A stretch of 40,867 nt of DNA, taken from an uncultured Erysipelotrichaceae bacterium. Lineage in GTDB: Bacteria > Bacillota_I > Bacilli_A > Erysipelotrichales > Erysipelotrichaceae. Location: contig CAKUTY010000001.1 in NCBI GenBank assembly GCA_934692455.1, positions 1 through 40,867 of the forward strand, given 5' to 3'. The translations under genes and the position numbers were made by a program. The notes below the pieces were generated by a model. That model ran no database searches. It was given only the letters and a program-made list of their open reading frames with translations, and was not told the DNA's origin. Within the stretch, counting starts at the first letter, position 1. Every line of letters begins with the position of its first letter. Below are positions 20,268-29,127 of the stretch, one piece after another.

Positions 20268-21212
20268 ATGAAAGTAAGTGTAATAGTTCCTGTATATAAT
20301 GTTGAGAAATATATTGAGAAGTGTCTTTTATCAATTCAGAATCAAACTTTTACTGATTTTGAATGTTTGGTAATCAATGATGGCACTAAGGACAAATCAA
20401 TCGAAGTAGCTAAGAAGGTTGTTGGTAATGATCCACGTTTTAGATTTTTTGATAAGGAAAATGGTGGTCTTAGTGATGCTAGAAACTTTGGTATTGAAAA
20501 AGCTAGTGGTGAGTATCTATGTTTCATCGATAGTGATGATTATATTCATGAAGAACTATTAGAACTAACATATATGATGGGTAAAGAATATGATAGTGAT
20601 ATCGTATGTTTTGACATGTATTATGTTTATGATAATGGTTCATTAGAATATTCTTGGGGCTCTAACTATAAGGGTATTTCTAATTATAGAGATAATAAAG
20701 AGATTATTTTCTCTAATAATAGTGCCAATAACAAACTGTATAAAGCATCTTTTATGAAAGACAAGAGATTCTTTAAGGGAATGTGGTATGAAGATTTAGC
20801 TGTTATTCCAACTTGGATTGCCCAGGCAAATAATATGGCTCATGTTTATAAGCCTTTGTATTATTATGTTCAAAGAGAAGGCTCCATTACTCATAAGGCA
20901 GATATTAGAATCTTTGATATTTATAAGGCTATTTCTATGGTTAAGGATAAGTTACAATTAGGTGCTTATGAGGTAAGAGGTTTATACTTTGAGAACTGCT
21001 TAGTAATGACTACTTTGCGTATTAAAGAGATTAATGATAAGGCAACTAGAATTGATTATTATAAGAAGAATATTGAACATTTGGAGGAACAATATCCTAA
21101 TTGGTATAGTGATGTTAAGAAGGAAAAGGATTTTAATTTTAAACAAAGATTAATCTTCTTCTTACTTCATCTGAAATTGTTTGGTTTAGTAGAAAGAGCA
21201 TATAACAAATGA
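20268..21212 (+). CDS. Glycosyltransferase family 2 (GGLSDARN type)
   Basis: VSVIVPVYNVEKYIEKCLLSI, VINDGTKDKS, NGGLSDARNFGI, FIDSDDY. Confidence 0.85.
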   Translation: MKVSVIVPVYNVEKYIEKCLLSIQNQTFTDFECLVINDGTKDKSIEVAKKVVGNDPRFRFFDKENGGLSDARNFGIEKASGEYLCFIDSDDYIHEELLELTYMMGKEYDSDIVCFDMYYVYDNGSLEYSWGSNYKGISNYRDNKEIIFSNNSANNKLYKASFMKDKRFFKGMWYEDLAVIPTWIAQANNMAHVYKPLYYYVQREGSITHKADIRIFDIYKAISMVKDKLQLGAYEVRGLYFENCLVMTTLRIKEINDKATRIDYYKKNIEHLEEQYPNWYSDVKKEKDFNFKQRLIFFLLHLKLFGLVERAYNK

Positions 21213-22345
21213 AAAAGAAAATCTTGTTTGTGAATGATGAAATGACAATGGGTGGTGTTGCACGTATTTTGAACACTTTTCTAAAAATGATTGATAGAGA
21301 TCAATATGATGTTGATCTTTTGGTGCTTCATAAAAGAGGTGAACTATTAGATGAGATTCCTAGTGACATAAATATTATTGAGGGTTCTAAGTTCTTTTCT
21401 TGTATTGATAGGCCAATAAGCGAATGTAAAGGAAAAGAATTATTTTATAAGTTAAGACTATTATTCTATATGAAAACTGGTCTTATTAAGAATAAGATTG
21501 TAAGTGAAAGAAAAAAGATTTTAAATAAACACTATGACATTGAATTTTCTGCTAAGGAAGGATTCTGTACTATTTTTACTGGTTATGGTGATTCCAATTT
21601 AAAGGTTAACTGGGTTCAAGTGGATTATAAGGAATCTAATTATTCTAGTCATCATATGGGTTTAGTAAGGGATGCGTTAACGCATATTGATATGAATATT
21701 GCGTGTTCTAATCAAGTTAAAGAGTCTTATCAAGAATTGTTTGGTGTAAATAGAATTTGTGTTGTTCATAATATTGTTGATGAAGATAGAATTAGAAACA
21801 TGTCTCTAGAGCCTTGTGATTTAAAGCTAGATGATAAGAAGATTAATATTATTACAGTAGCTCGTTTCCATCCTCAGAAGGCTGTAGATCGACTTATTAG
21901 AGCTTATAGTAAGTTAAAGGATTACTATAATCTAATCATTATTGGTGATGGTGGTTTAAGAGAAGAATTATATAATTTAGCTAAGGAACTTAAATGTTTT
22001 GATGATATTTCTTGGTTAGGATTAAAGTCTAACCCTTATCCTTATGTAAGAAAGTGTGACTTGTTTGTGATGTCAAGCTTATATGAGGGCTATCCAACGA
22101 TGACTGTTGAATCTTTATTAAGTGATACACCTGTTTTAACTACTTTAGTAGCTGGTGTTAGCGAACAAATTGATGATTCTAATGGTTGGATTGTAGAGAA
22201 TAGTGAAGATGGTTTATTTAGTAAGTTAGATGAAATCAAAAATGACAAGGCTAATTTATTAAAATTAAAGAAAAATCTAGAGAATTATCATTATGATAAT
22301 GAGAGTATTTTAAATAGATATTACGAAATATTTAAAGGGGAATAG
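21209..22345 (+). CDS. Glycosyltransferase family 4 (GT-B, Glycos_transf_1-type)
   Basis: ITVARFHPQKAVDRLI, IIIGDGGLREEL, and an E-x7-E motif (EGYPTMTVE). ATGA overlap with the upstream gene. Confidence 0.8.
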   Translation: MKKKILFVNDEMTMGGVARILNTFLKMIDRDQYDVDLLVLHKRGELLDEIPSDINIIEGSKFFSCIDRPISECKGKELFYKLRLLFYMKTGLIKNKIVSERKKILNKHYDIEFSAKEGFCTIFTGYGDSNLKVNWVQVDYKESNYSSHHMGLVRDALTHIDMNIACSNQVKESYQELFGVNRICVVHNIVDEDRIRNMSLEPCDLKLDDKKINIITVARFHPQKAVDRLIRAYSKLKDYYNLIIIGDGGLREELYNLAKELKCFDDISWLGLKSNPYPYVRKCDLFVMSSLYEGYPTMTVESLLSDTPVLTTLVAGVSEQIDDSNGWIVENSEDGLFSKLDEIKNDKANLLKLKKNLENYHYDNESILNRYYEIFKGE

Positions 22346-22346
22346 T

Positions 22347-23480
22347 ATGAAGGATGTAATTATTATTGGAGCTGGTTTTGCGGGTGCTACCGTTGCGAAT
22401 GTATTAGCTAATAAGGGCAAGAATGTTTTGATAATTGATAAGAGAAATCATATTGGTGGTAATGCCTATGATTATATGGAAGAAGATATCTTGATTCATA
22501 AATATGGTCCACATATTTTCCATACCAATTCTAAGGAAGTGTTTGATTACTTAAGTAATTTTACTGAATGGTATAAGTATGAACATAAGGTATTAGGGCA
22601 TGTTGATAATAAGTTAGTGCCTATTCCTTTTAACTTTAAATCAATTGAAGAATGTCTACCTGAAAAGGCAGAGAAGTTAATTGAATTATTAAAGAAGGAT
22701 TATGGTGAGGGTAAGAAAGTACCTATCATGGAATTATTGTCTAATGAAAATGAAGATATTCGTTATTTAGCTAATTACATTTATGAACATGTTTTTAAGT
22801 ATTACACAATGAAACAATGGGATATGAAGGTTGAAGAACTTGATAGTGCGGTTAGTGCTAGAGTCCCTGTTAATACTTCTTATGATGATAGATATTTCAA
22901 TGATGCTTATCAATATATGCCAAAAGAAGGCTATACGAAATTGATTGAGAAGATGTTGGACAATGAACATATTGAAGTGTTATTAAATACTAATGTTACA
23001 GATATCTTAAAACTAGAAGATGGTACCATCTACTACAATAATCTTCCTTTTGATGGGGATGTTTACTATACCGGTGCTCTTGATGAGCTGTTTGAATATA
23101 AAAATGGTGAATTGCCGTATCGTTCTCTAGATTTAATTCTAGAAAGATTAAATAAAACATTCCAAGATGCAGCTACTGAAAACTATCCTGAGAATGATGT
23201 TAAGTTTACAAGAATTACTGAGTATAAACATTTTATGGAAAATGAACCAAGCGATGTGACTTATATTCATACTGAATATCCTTTCCCATATAGAAGAGAT
23301 GCTGATGTTGGTAATGTTCCTTATTATCCAATTATTAAGGACGAGAACCAAGCTCTATATGAAACATATGTGAAAGAAGCTGGCAAGTATCCTAAGTTGC
23401 ATTTAATTGGAAGACTAGCTGAATATAAGTATTACAATATGGATGCGATTGTCTTAAAAGCTTTAGAAATGACTAAATAG
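22347..23480 (+). CDS. glf: UDP-galactopyranose mutase
   Basis: VIIIGAGFAGATVA (FAD GxGxxG), IDKRNHIGGNAYD, HKYGPHIFHT, RITEYKHF, GRLAEYKYYNMD: textbook Glf. Confidence 0.95.
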   Translation: MKDVIIIGAGFAGATVANVLANKGKNVLIIDKRNHIGGNAYDYMEEDILIHKYGPHIFHTNSKEVFDYLSNFTEWYKYEHKVLGHVDNKLVPIPFNFKSIEECLPEKAEKLIELLKKDYGEGKKVPIMELLSNENEDIRYLANYIYEHVFKYYTMKQWDMKVEELDSAVSARVPVNTSYDDRYFNDAYQYMPKEGYTKLIEKMLDNEHIEVLLNTNVTDILKLEDGTIYYNNLPFDGDVYYTGALDELFEYKNGELPYRSLDLILERLNKTFQDAATENYPENDVKFTRITEYKHFMENEPSDVTYIHTEYPFPYRRDADVGNVPYYPIIKDENQALYETYVKEAGKYPKLHLIGRLAEYKYYNMDAIVLKALEMTK

Positions 23481-25223
23481 TTTCTTTATAAAAATTTGAT
23501 AAAGACAAACGATTATAAATACAATCAATGAAATTTTAGATACAAACATTGAATATGTTTGTATCTTTGTTTCTTGATAATAAACATCATAAGTTATTGT
23601 TTCGTCTGATTTATAAACGTTAAATTTAACATTTCCACTAATTTTGTCTTGAACCGGATTAATTGTTTCTATGATTGATCCATTTTTTATTATGTCTACT
23701 TTGTATCCATTGTAGTAAGTTTTAGGAACAATGACATAAGCGTTATAATGCGAATTTGATAAGATATTGAATTTGTAGTGGTAGTACTCATACATTTCAA
23801 AACCATTAGGATCTATTTCCATTTCTTCACTTGTATCGATTATTGAGTGGCTTTTTGAGAAAGCCGGTGTTTCATAAGGATAATTAATATAATTTGTTTT
23901 TGCGACAGGTAAATAGTCACCACTGCTTAAGGCTTGTGAGTCATAATAAGTTTCATTTTCATATGGCTTGTATAAAACCTCATAAGCTTCGTCTAATGAC
24001 ATGTTGTCGGTATAACCATAGACACCTGTAAGATTTGGTGATAATGCAAATGCAGTAAATACTATGATTATTAAACATGTAACTGAAAGAATGAAGTATT
24101 TTAAAAAGCTATTTTTAAAATTAGCAATAAATATAGAAGTATAGTAAGCTCCAGATATAGCTAATAGTGGGATGATTATTACTAATAATCTGTTTGTGAA
24201 TTGCATAAAATTCATAAATTTAAACAACTGCCATGGAAAGTATTCGGTCATTATAAATAGTGTTACATAGCCAATTATTAAACAAACAAAAATGAATTTA
24301 TTATCCCTTTTCTTATTTTTTATAAATAAAGATGTTAATGGTAAAAATAATAAGAATGGTCCAATTGATGAACTTTGATAAAGAGAAAAGTCTGCCGAAA
24401 AGTTAAATAGTTCAACAATTTTTAAGCCTTGCATAATTGAGACGCTATTAAAAGAATCGTTTACTTGTAGGTTGTTGTTAAACATCGCTTCTAACATTGG
24501 CAGTAAGAAAAAAGCACTTAATAAGAAGGCGAATAGAATACCTTTGATGATTGAGATAATTCTCTTTTTATTAATACTTTTGATGTTTATTAGAAAGAAT
24601 ATACCAAATAAGATACACATTAGGTAAAAAGAAATATTGTGGCTTAATGCTAGTCCTGTATAGCCGATGGTTAAAACTATCCATTTATTTTCATCTTCAT
24701 ATAATGCGTAATAAATACCTAATATAGCGATTGGTATAAATACTAGGGCTGTTAATTCGCCTAGTGCGCTTCTTCTAAATATTGAAGTGATTTGGTGGAT
24801 GTTTGGAACATAAATTAGCATCGCAATAATTGCAGGAATTAGTTTCTTTTTTGAGACAACATATAAATTAATGCCTATAAAAAATGTGGCTGCAAATATT
24901 AATGCACAAATATAAATTTTATATGAAACAATTAAAGAAATGCCTTTACTTATTAAAAAAACACATGGATATAAAAATAGTTGGCAATAGAAAAGCGGAG
25001 TTGGGTAGCCGAAGTCAAAGTTCATGTGCCAATAAATATGCGGGTATTTAATTCCTTCAACTATTGCGTCCCTATATGCTTGTATACGACTTAAATGGAA
25101 ACCGGTATCTGCACCTTTGTGTAAGATTCCGTTTGAAAAGGGGTAACAAAATAAGATGGCTATTATAATTGATAAAAATAATATAGATGTAAAGCTTAAT
25201 ATATATTTTTTATTTCTTGTCAT
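23463..25223 (-). CDS. Polytopic membrane protein, YfhO-like GT-C-fold glycosyltransferase candidate (paralog B)
   Basis: 586 aa. Shares GADTGFHLSRI...FDFGYPTPLFYCQLFLYP, RSALGE, LLPMLEAM and the C-terminal YYNGYKVDIIKNG... plus terminal TM with the ORF at 675-2330. Divergent from the CsbB-like GT2 at 25331. Confidence 0.55.
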   Translation of the reverse strand: MTRNKKYILSFTSILFLSIIIAILFCYPFSNGILHKGADTGFHLSRIQAYRDAIVEGIKYPHIYWHMNFDFGYPTPLFYCQLFLYPCVFLISKGISLIVSYKIYICALIFAATFFIGINLYVVSKKKLIPAIIAMLIYVPNIHQITSIFRRSALGELTALVFIPIAILGIYYALYEDENKWIVLTIGYTGLALSHNISFYLMCILFGIFFLINIKSINKKRIISIIKGILFAFLLSAFFLLPMLEAMFNNNLQVNDSFNSVSIMQGLKIVELFNFSADFSLYQSSSIGPFLLFLPLTSLFIKNKKRDNKFIFVCLIIGYVTLFIMTEYFPWQLFKFMNFMQFTNRLLVIIIPLLAISGAYYTSIFIANFKNSFLKYFILSVTCLIIIVFTAFALSPNLTGVYGYTDNMSLDEAYEVLYKPYENETYYDSQALSSGDYLPVAKTNYINYPYETPAFSKSHSIIDTSEEMEIDPNGFEMYEYYHYKFNILSNSHYNAYVIVPKTYYNGYKVDIIKNGSIIETINPVQDKISGNVKFNVYKSDETITYDVYYQETKIQTYSMFVSKISLIVFIIVCLYQIFIKKLFSHF

Positions 25224-25330
25224 ATTTAAAATTATACATTATTAAAAATAGCTATAGTTTATAATAGTATTGGAATGTAAAGAATTTAGGACTTTGCATT
25301 ATTAAGATTATTAATAAATAGGGGTTTTAT
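25224..25330. promoter_or_regulatory. Divergent promoter region between the YfhO-like gene (-) and the CsbB/GtrB-like operon (+)
   Basis: The genes diverge, so promoters must lie here. TATAAT at 25260-25265 (+) without a good -35. TTGCAT at 25294-25299 has no well-spaced -10. GGGG RBS at 25321-25324. Confidence 0.5.
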
Positions 25331-26248
25331 ATGTTGAGTATTATTGTTCCGTGTAAAAATGAAGAAGAAGCTATTCCGTTGTTTTATCCAGTGTTAAAAG
25401 AAAACTTAGATAAGATGGATGTTGAATATGAATTGCTAATTGTTGATGATGGTTCAACTGATAAGACAGTTGAAGTTTCTTTGAAATTGAAAGAAAAAGA
25501 TCCTAATATCAAGGTAATCAGTTTTTCACGTAACTTTGGTAAAGAAGCTGGTATGTTAGCTGGTATGAAAGAGGCTAAGGGTGATTATGTGGTTATCATG
25601 GACGCTGACTTGCAAGATCCACCTGCTTTATTGTCTGAAATGTATAACTATGTAAGTAGTGGTGAATATGATAGTGCTGCTACTTATAGAGTTACTAGAA
25701 AGGGTGAACCACCTATTAGATCTTTCTTTGCACGTCAATTCTATAAGTTAATCAATAAGATGATTGATGTTGAGATTGTGGATGGAGCTAGAGATTATCG
25801 TTTGATGAATCGTAAGATGGTTGATGCGATTATTTCTTTACCTGAATATAATCGTTTTTCTAAGGGTATTTTCTCTTGGGTTGGTTTTAAGACCAAATAT
25901 ATCGAATTTGAAAATGTTGAAAGAGTAGCTGGTGAGACTAAGTGGAGTTTCTTTAAATTATTTAGTTATGCGATTGATGGCATCGTAGGATTTACTACAG
26001 CACCACTTCGTATTGCGACATATTCTGGTTTATTTGTATCTTTATTTGGCTTTATCTATATGCTTTATATCGTGATTAAAGCCTTAACCATCGGTGATCC
26101 GGTTGCTGGCTATCCTAGTATGATTGCGATTATTTGTTTACTTGGTGGTATTCAATTATTAGTGATTGGTATCATGGGTGAATATTTAGGTAAGACTTAT
26201 ATGGAGTCTAAGAAGAGACCTCAATATATCGTAAAGGAAATTAAATAA
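25331..26248 (+). CDS. GT2 polyprenyl-phosphate glycosyltransferase (GtrB/CsbB/ArnC-like), copy 2
   Basis: LSIIVPCKNEEEAI, LLIVDDGSTDKT, SRNFGKEAGMLAG, MDADLQDPP. Two C-terminal TM helices (IATYSGLFVSLFGFIYMLYIV, MIAIICLLGGIQLLVIGIMGEY). Confidence 0.85.
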   Translation: MLSIIVPCKNEEEAIPLFYPVLKENLDKMDVEYELLIVDDGSTDKTVEVSLKLKEKDPNIKVISFSRNFGKEAGMLAGMKEAKGDYVVIMDADLQDPPALLSEMYNYVSSGEYDSAATYRVTRKGEPPIRSFFARQFYKLINKMIDVEIVDGARDYRLMNRKMVDAIISLPEYNRFSKGIFSWVGFKTKYIEFENVERVAGETKWSFFKLFSYAIDGIVGFTTAPLRIATYSGLFVSLFGFIYMLYIVIKALTIGDPVAGYPSMIAIICLLGGIQLLVIGIMGEYLGKTYMESKKRPQYIVKEIK

Positions 26249-27651
26249 TGTTTATAGGGAATTATTATTATGAGCCAATCACATCACTTCCGGCGCTGAC
26301 TGTTACTAGTGCTTATTTTGTGATGTTTTGTTTCGTTGTATTTTGTTTATCTAGGCCTTTTAAGTCATTCTTAAGGCCTTTAATTTTGCTTATAGCTAAC
26401 TTTATTTTTGTTTATTCTTTTGGATTAAACAATTTATTATGGTTATTAGGCTTTTCTTTAATGGGTTATGTATTAGGTCTTATTAACGGAAAGTATCACA
26501 ATAAACATATAGTTATTGTTTCATCATTAATATATGGTGTTGCGTTATTAGGATATAAACTTATTAATTTAACAGATAGTAGTATTATTATTCCTTTAGG
26601 TTTATCTTTCTACTCATTTAAAATCATTTCCTATTTGTGTGATATTTATTCTGGAAAGATTAAGGCAGAAAAGAATATTATTTATTATTTAGATTATGTG
26701 ATGTTCTTTCCTTGTATTACAGCAGGACCTATTAATAGAGCTGATTTATTTTTAAAGGAAATTAGAAGTAAACATGAATTTGATTATCAAGATATTGCGA
26801 CAGGTTTCTTTTTAGTAGCTTGTGGTATTTTTGAGAAACTTGTATTTTGTGACTTTATTGGAAGTGTTGTAACTAAGAGTTTAAATGTTGAATTAAGTGG
26901 TTTGAATACATTACTTGGAGTTGTTTTATATTCATTTCAAATATATTTAGATTTTGATTCTATTTCTAATATCGCAATCGGTACAGCTAGAATGCTGGGC
27001 TTTAAGTTAGAAAGAAACTTCCATGTGCCTTATTTAGCTACTAGTATTAAAGACTTCTGGAATAGATGGCATATTTCTTTATCATCTTGGTTAAGAGATT
27101 ATATTTATTTCCCATTGGGTGGTGGAAGAAAAGACGATTTAAGAAAGTATTTGAATGTTCTAATTGTTTTCTTTGTATCATCTTTATGGCATGGTATTAC
27201 GTTAAACTTCTTAATTTGGGGTATGGGTCATGGTGTAATCAGAATTATTGAAGATTTAATTGCGAAGTTGTTTAAGAATAAGAAACCAAATTTCTTTGTG
27301 TCTTTATTGTTAATATTTATTAATTTTATAATAGTAACTACTTTGTGGATTTTCTTTAAATATGATTTTAGTGATGCGATAGCTACTATTCAAAGAATTT
27401 TTGTGAAATCACCTTTGAACTTTGAAACAATCGGTTTAACTCATAATGAAGTAATTTGGTTATGTATTGTCTTATCTACTGTAGTGATTACAGATATCCT
27501 ACGTTATTTCTTTGATTTAGGAGAATTCTTTGGCAAACATATCTTTATTATTAGATTTATATTATATGCGGCTATGATTTTATTGTTCCTTGTCTTTGGA
27601 ATGTATGGTGGCAGCTTTGATGCGAATGATTTTATTTATAGGTGGTTTTAG
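26248..27651 (+). CDS. MBOAT-family membrane O-acyltransferase, copy 2
   Basis: Polytopic. FWNRWHISLSSWLRDYIYFPLGGGRKD...SSLWHG. TAATG overlap with the upstream GT2 stop. Confidence 0.9.
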   Translation: MFIGNYYYEPITSLPALTVTSAYFVMFCFVVFCLSRPFKSFLRPLILLIANFIFVYSFGLNNLLWLLGFSLMGYVLGLINGKYHNKHIVIVSSLIYGVALLGYKLINLTDSSIIIPLGLSFYSFKIISYLCDIYSGKIKAEKNIIYYLDYVMFFPCITAGPINRADLFLKEIRSKHEFDYQDIATGFFLVACGIFEKLVFCDFIGSVVTKSLNVELSGLNTLLGVVLYSFQIYLDFDSISNIAIGTARMLGFKLERNFHVPYLATSIKDFWNRWHISLSSWLRDYIYFPLGGGRKDDLRKYLNVLIVFFVSSLWHGITLNFLIWGMGHGVIRIIEDLIAKLFKNKKPNFFVSLLLIFINFIIVTTLWIFFKYDFSDAIATIQRIFVKSPLNFETIGLTHNEVIWLCIVLSTVVITDILRYFFDLGEFFGKHIFIIRFILYAAMILLFLVFGMYGGSFDANDFIYRWF

Positions 27652-27653
27652 TT

Positions 27654-29084
27654 ATGAATAAAGTATTAAAAACGATTTGGAGCTTATTAAAAATAGTCAT
27701 GGGCGTATGTGTAATATGCGCCACTTTCTATTTTGGTTATAATTTTTTGAGTAGCAAATTCAGAAATCCTGATGTTTATTATAACGACTCGTTTCATAAT
27801 TTACCCGAAGATAGCATGGATGTTATTGTACTTGGCTCAAGTCATGCGCAATATTCTTTTTCTCCTACTTTCTTTTATGAAGATACAGGTTTGTACGCAT
27901 ATACATTAGGCAGTGCTTGTCAACCTTTAGAAGTTTCTTACCAAATGTTAAGAGAAGCTTTAAAGACACAAAGCCCAAAGCTTGTAATTTTAGAGGCTTA
28001 TACTGCTACACCACTAAGGAGTGCTTGTGAGACTGATACTTGTTATGTTACGGCTGAATATCAAATGCGGGGCATGGAAAAGATTAATACTATTAATTAT
28101 CTTTCTGAGGAAAAAGCCGCTACTTATCGCAATGACTTTATGAATTATCATAATGATTGGAGAACTAAAGAATCTTTTGATTTCTTATTTGAAGAAAATG
28201 ATAAAAGTATCGATTCATCTCTTGGCTATCTGCCATTAGAATCTGACTATGTTTATGAAAATTGGTGGTATGCTAGCGTTTACGATGATAAAAGTAGTGA
28301 TGTTAATCTTGATGAGTTAGATTTTGAATCTTTGAATAATATTTTGAATCTATGTAGAGAAAATGATATTGAACTCTTAATGTATTTTGTGCCTATGGAT
28401 ATGCTTGATGAATTAAATCAAAAGTATCGTTATAAGGTTTGGGACTTTTGTGAAGATAATGATATCAAATATGTTGATTTTGTGGATTTAAGTGAAGAGT
28501 TGGATTATCGTATTCCTATTCATAATGATGGATTCCATTCCAAAACAACAGGTGCAAGTGTCATTACTTCTTATTTGGCTAATTTTGTTAAAGAAAATGG
28601 ATATAAGTTTAGTCATAAAGACAACAACAAATTAAATGATATTTATAAATATTATGTTGATCATTATGATTATTTGGTATTTTGTGGGGAACACGATCCA
28701 AGCAAATATTTAGATAGGGTAGTGAAAAATCCTCGCCTAAAGTTAGTAAGATATCAAGGCAATCAATTAAATGATAGATTGAAAAAATTCTTTAATGATT
28801 TAAATTTAACTGAATTAGTAGAAGGTGATGATTATTACGCTATTATATATGATAATGAAATTTTGACATGTAGTAATAGCCCTGTTAGTTATGTTTTAGA
28901 TAGTCATGACATAGAACTAAACAAGGATGGAATTTATTTTGACGGCGAACAATTAACAACTGGAGATGAATTTGCCTTTGTTGTTTTCAATAGCGATTAT
29001 ACTGTTAAGCTGGTGAAAAAAATTACTTTTTCCAACGGATTGTTGTGGGATAGTGATTATGATTTTAACTATAATCATAAATAA
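27654..29084 (+). CDS. Membrane-anchored DltD-like/SGNH-type partner of MBOAT copy 2
   Basis: N-terminal signal anchor, VIVLGSSHAQYSF (candidate nucleophile Ser), a later IHNDGFHS (DxxH), and an extra ~130-aa C-terminal domain. I prefer the ATG at 27654 over the GTG at 27642. Confidence 0.55.
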   Translation: MNKVLKTIWSLLKIVMGVCVICATFYFGYNFLSSKFRNPDVYYNDSFHNLPEDSMDVIVLGSSHAQYSFSPTFFYEDTGLYAYTLGSACQPLEVSYQMLREALKTQSPKLVILEAYTATPLRSACETDTCYVTAEYQMRGMEKINTINYLSEEKAATYRNDFMNYHNDWRTKESFDFLFEENDKSIDSSLGYLPLESDYVYENWWYASVYDDKSSDVNLDELDFESLNNILNLCRENDIELLMYFVPMDMLDELNQKYRYKVWDFCEDNDIKYVDFVDLSEELDYRIPIHNDGFHSKTTGASVITSYLANFVKENGYKFSHKDNNKLNDIYKYYVDHYDYLVFCGEHDPSKYLDRVVKNPRLKLVRYQGNQLNDRLKKFFNDLNLTELVEGDDYYAIIYDNEILTCSNSPVSYVLDSHDIELNKDGIYFDGEQLTTGDEFAFVVFNSDYTVKLVKKITFSNGLLWDSDYDFNYNHK

Positions 29085-29127
29085 TTTTTTGTGATACAGA
29101 TAATACAGAGTTGTTATTAATTAAAGG

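Noticed and set aside
4295-25330. The divergent intergenic regions 4295-4365 and 25224-25330 as invertible (phase-variable) promoters.
   Set aside because: The gaps are only 71 and 107 nt. I find no flanking inverted repeats of useful length, and no recombinase or invertase gene is in the window.
27066-27251. Same-strand alternative-frame ORFs: 61 aa inside MBOAT copy 2, and 64 aa at 32080-32274 inside the LCP tail.
   Set aside because: They are embedded in the conserved MBOAT catalytic region and in the PEPT tandem repeat respectively. The second is simply the repeat read in another frame (LSLHRNRV x2). There is no start context.
8339-27653. Longer N-terminal extensions given by the ORF track (TTG 8339, GTG 11111, 16709, 19262, GTG 27642).
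   Set aside because: In each case a downstream ATG has a better Shine-Dalgarno spacing or forms an ATGA/TAATG coupling with the upstream stop. The extension would overlap the preceding gene or add non-conserved residues. I kept the shorter starts, although 11111 versus 11120 remains uncertain.
26248-29084. MBOAT plus DltD-like pairs (also 37557-39976) as dltB/dltD of a D-alanylation operon.
   Set aside because: No DltA (adenylating ligase), DltC (carrier protein) or DltX small ORF is adjacent to either pair. The pairs are coupled to a GT2 or a lipid kinase instead. I call them generic polymer O-acylation modules.
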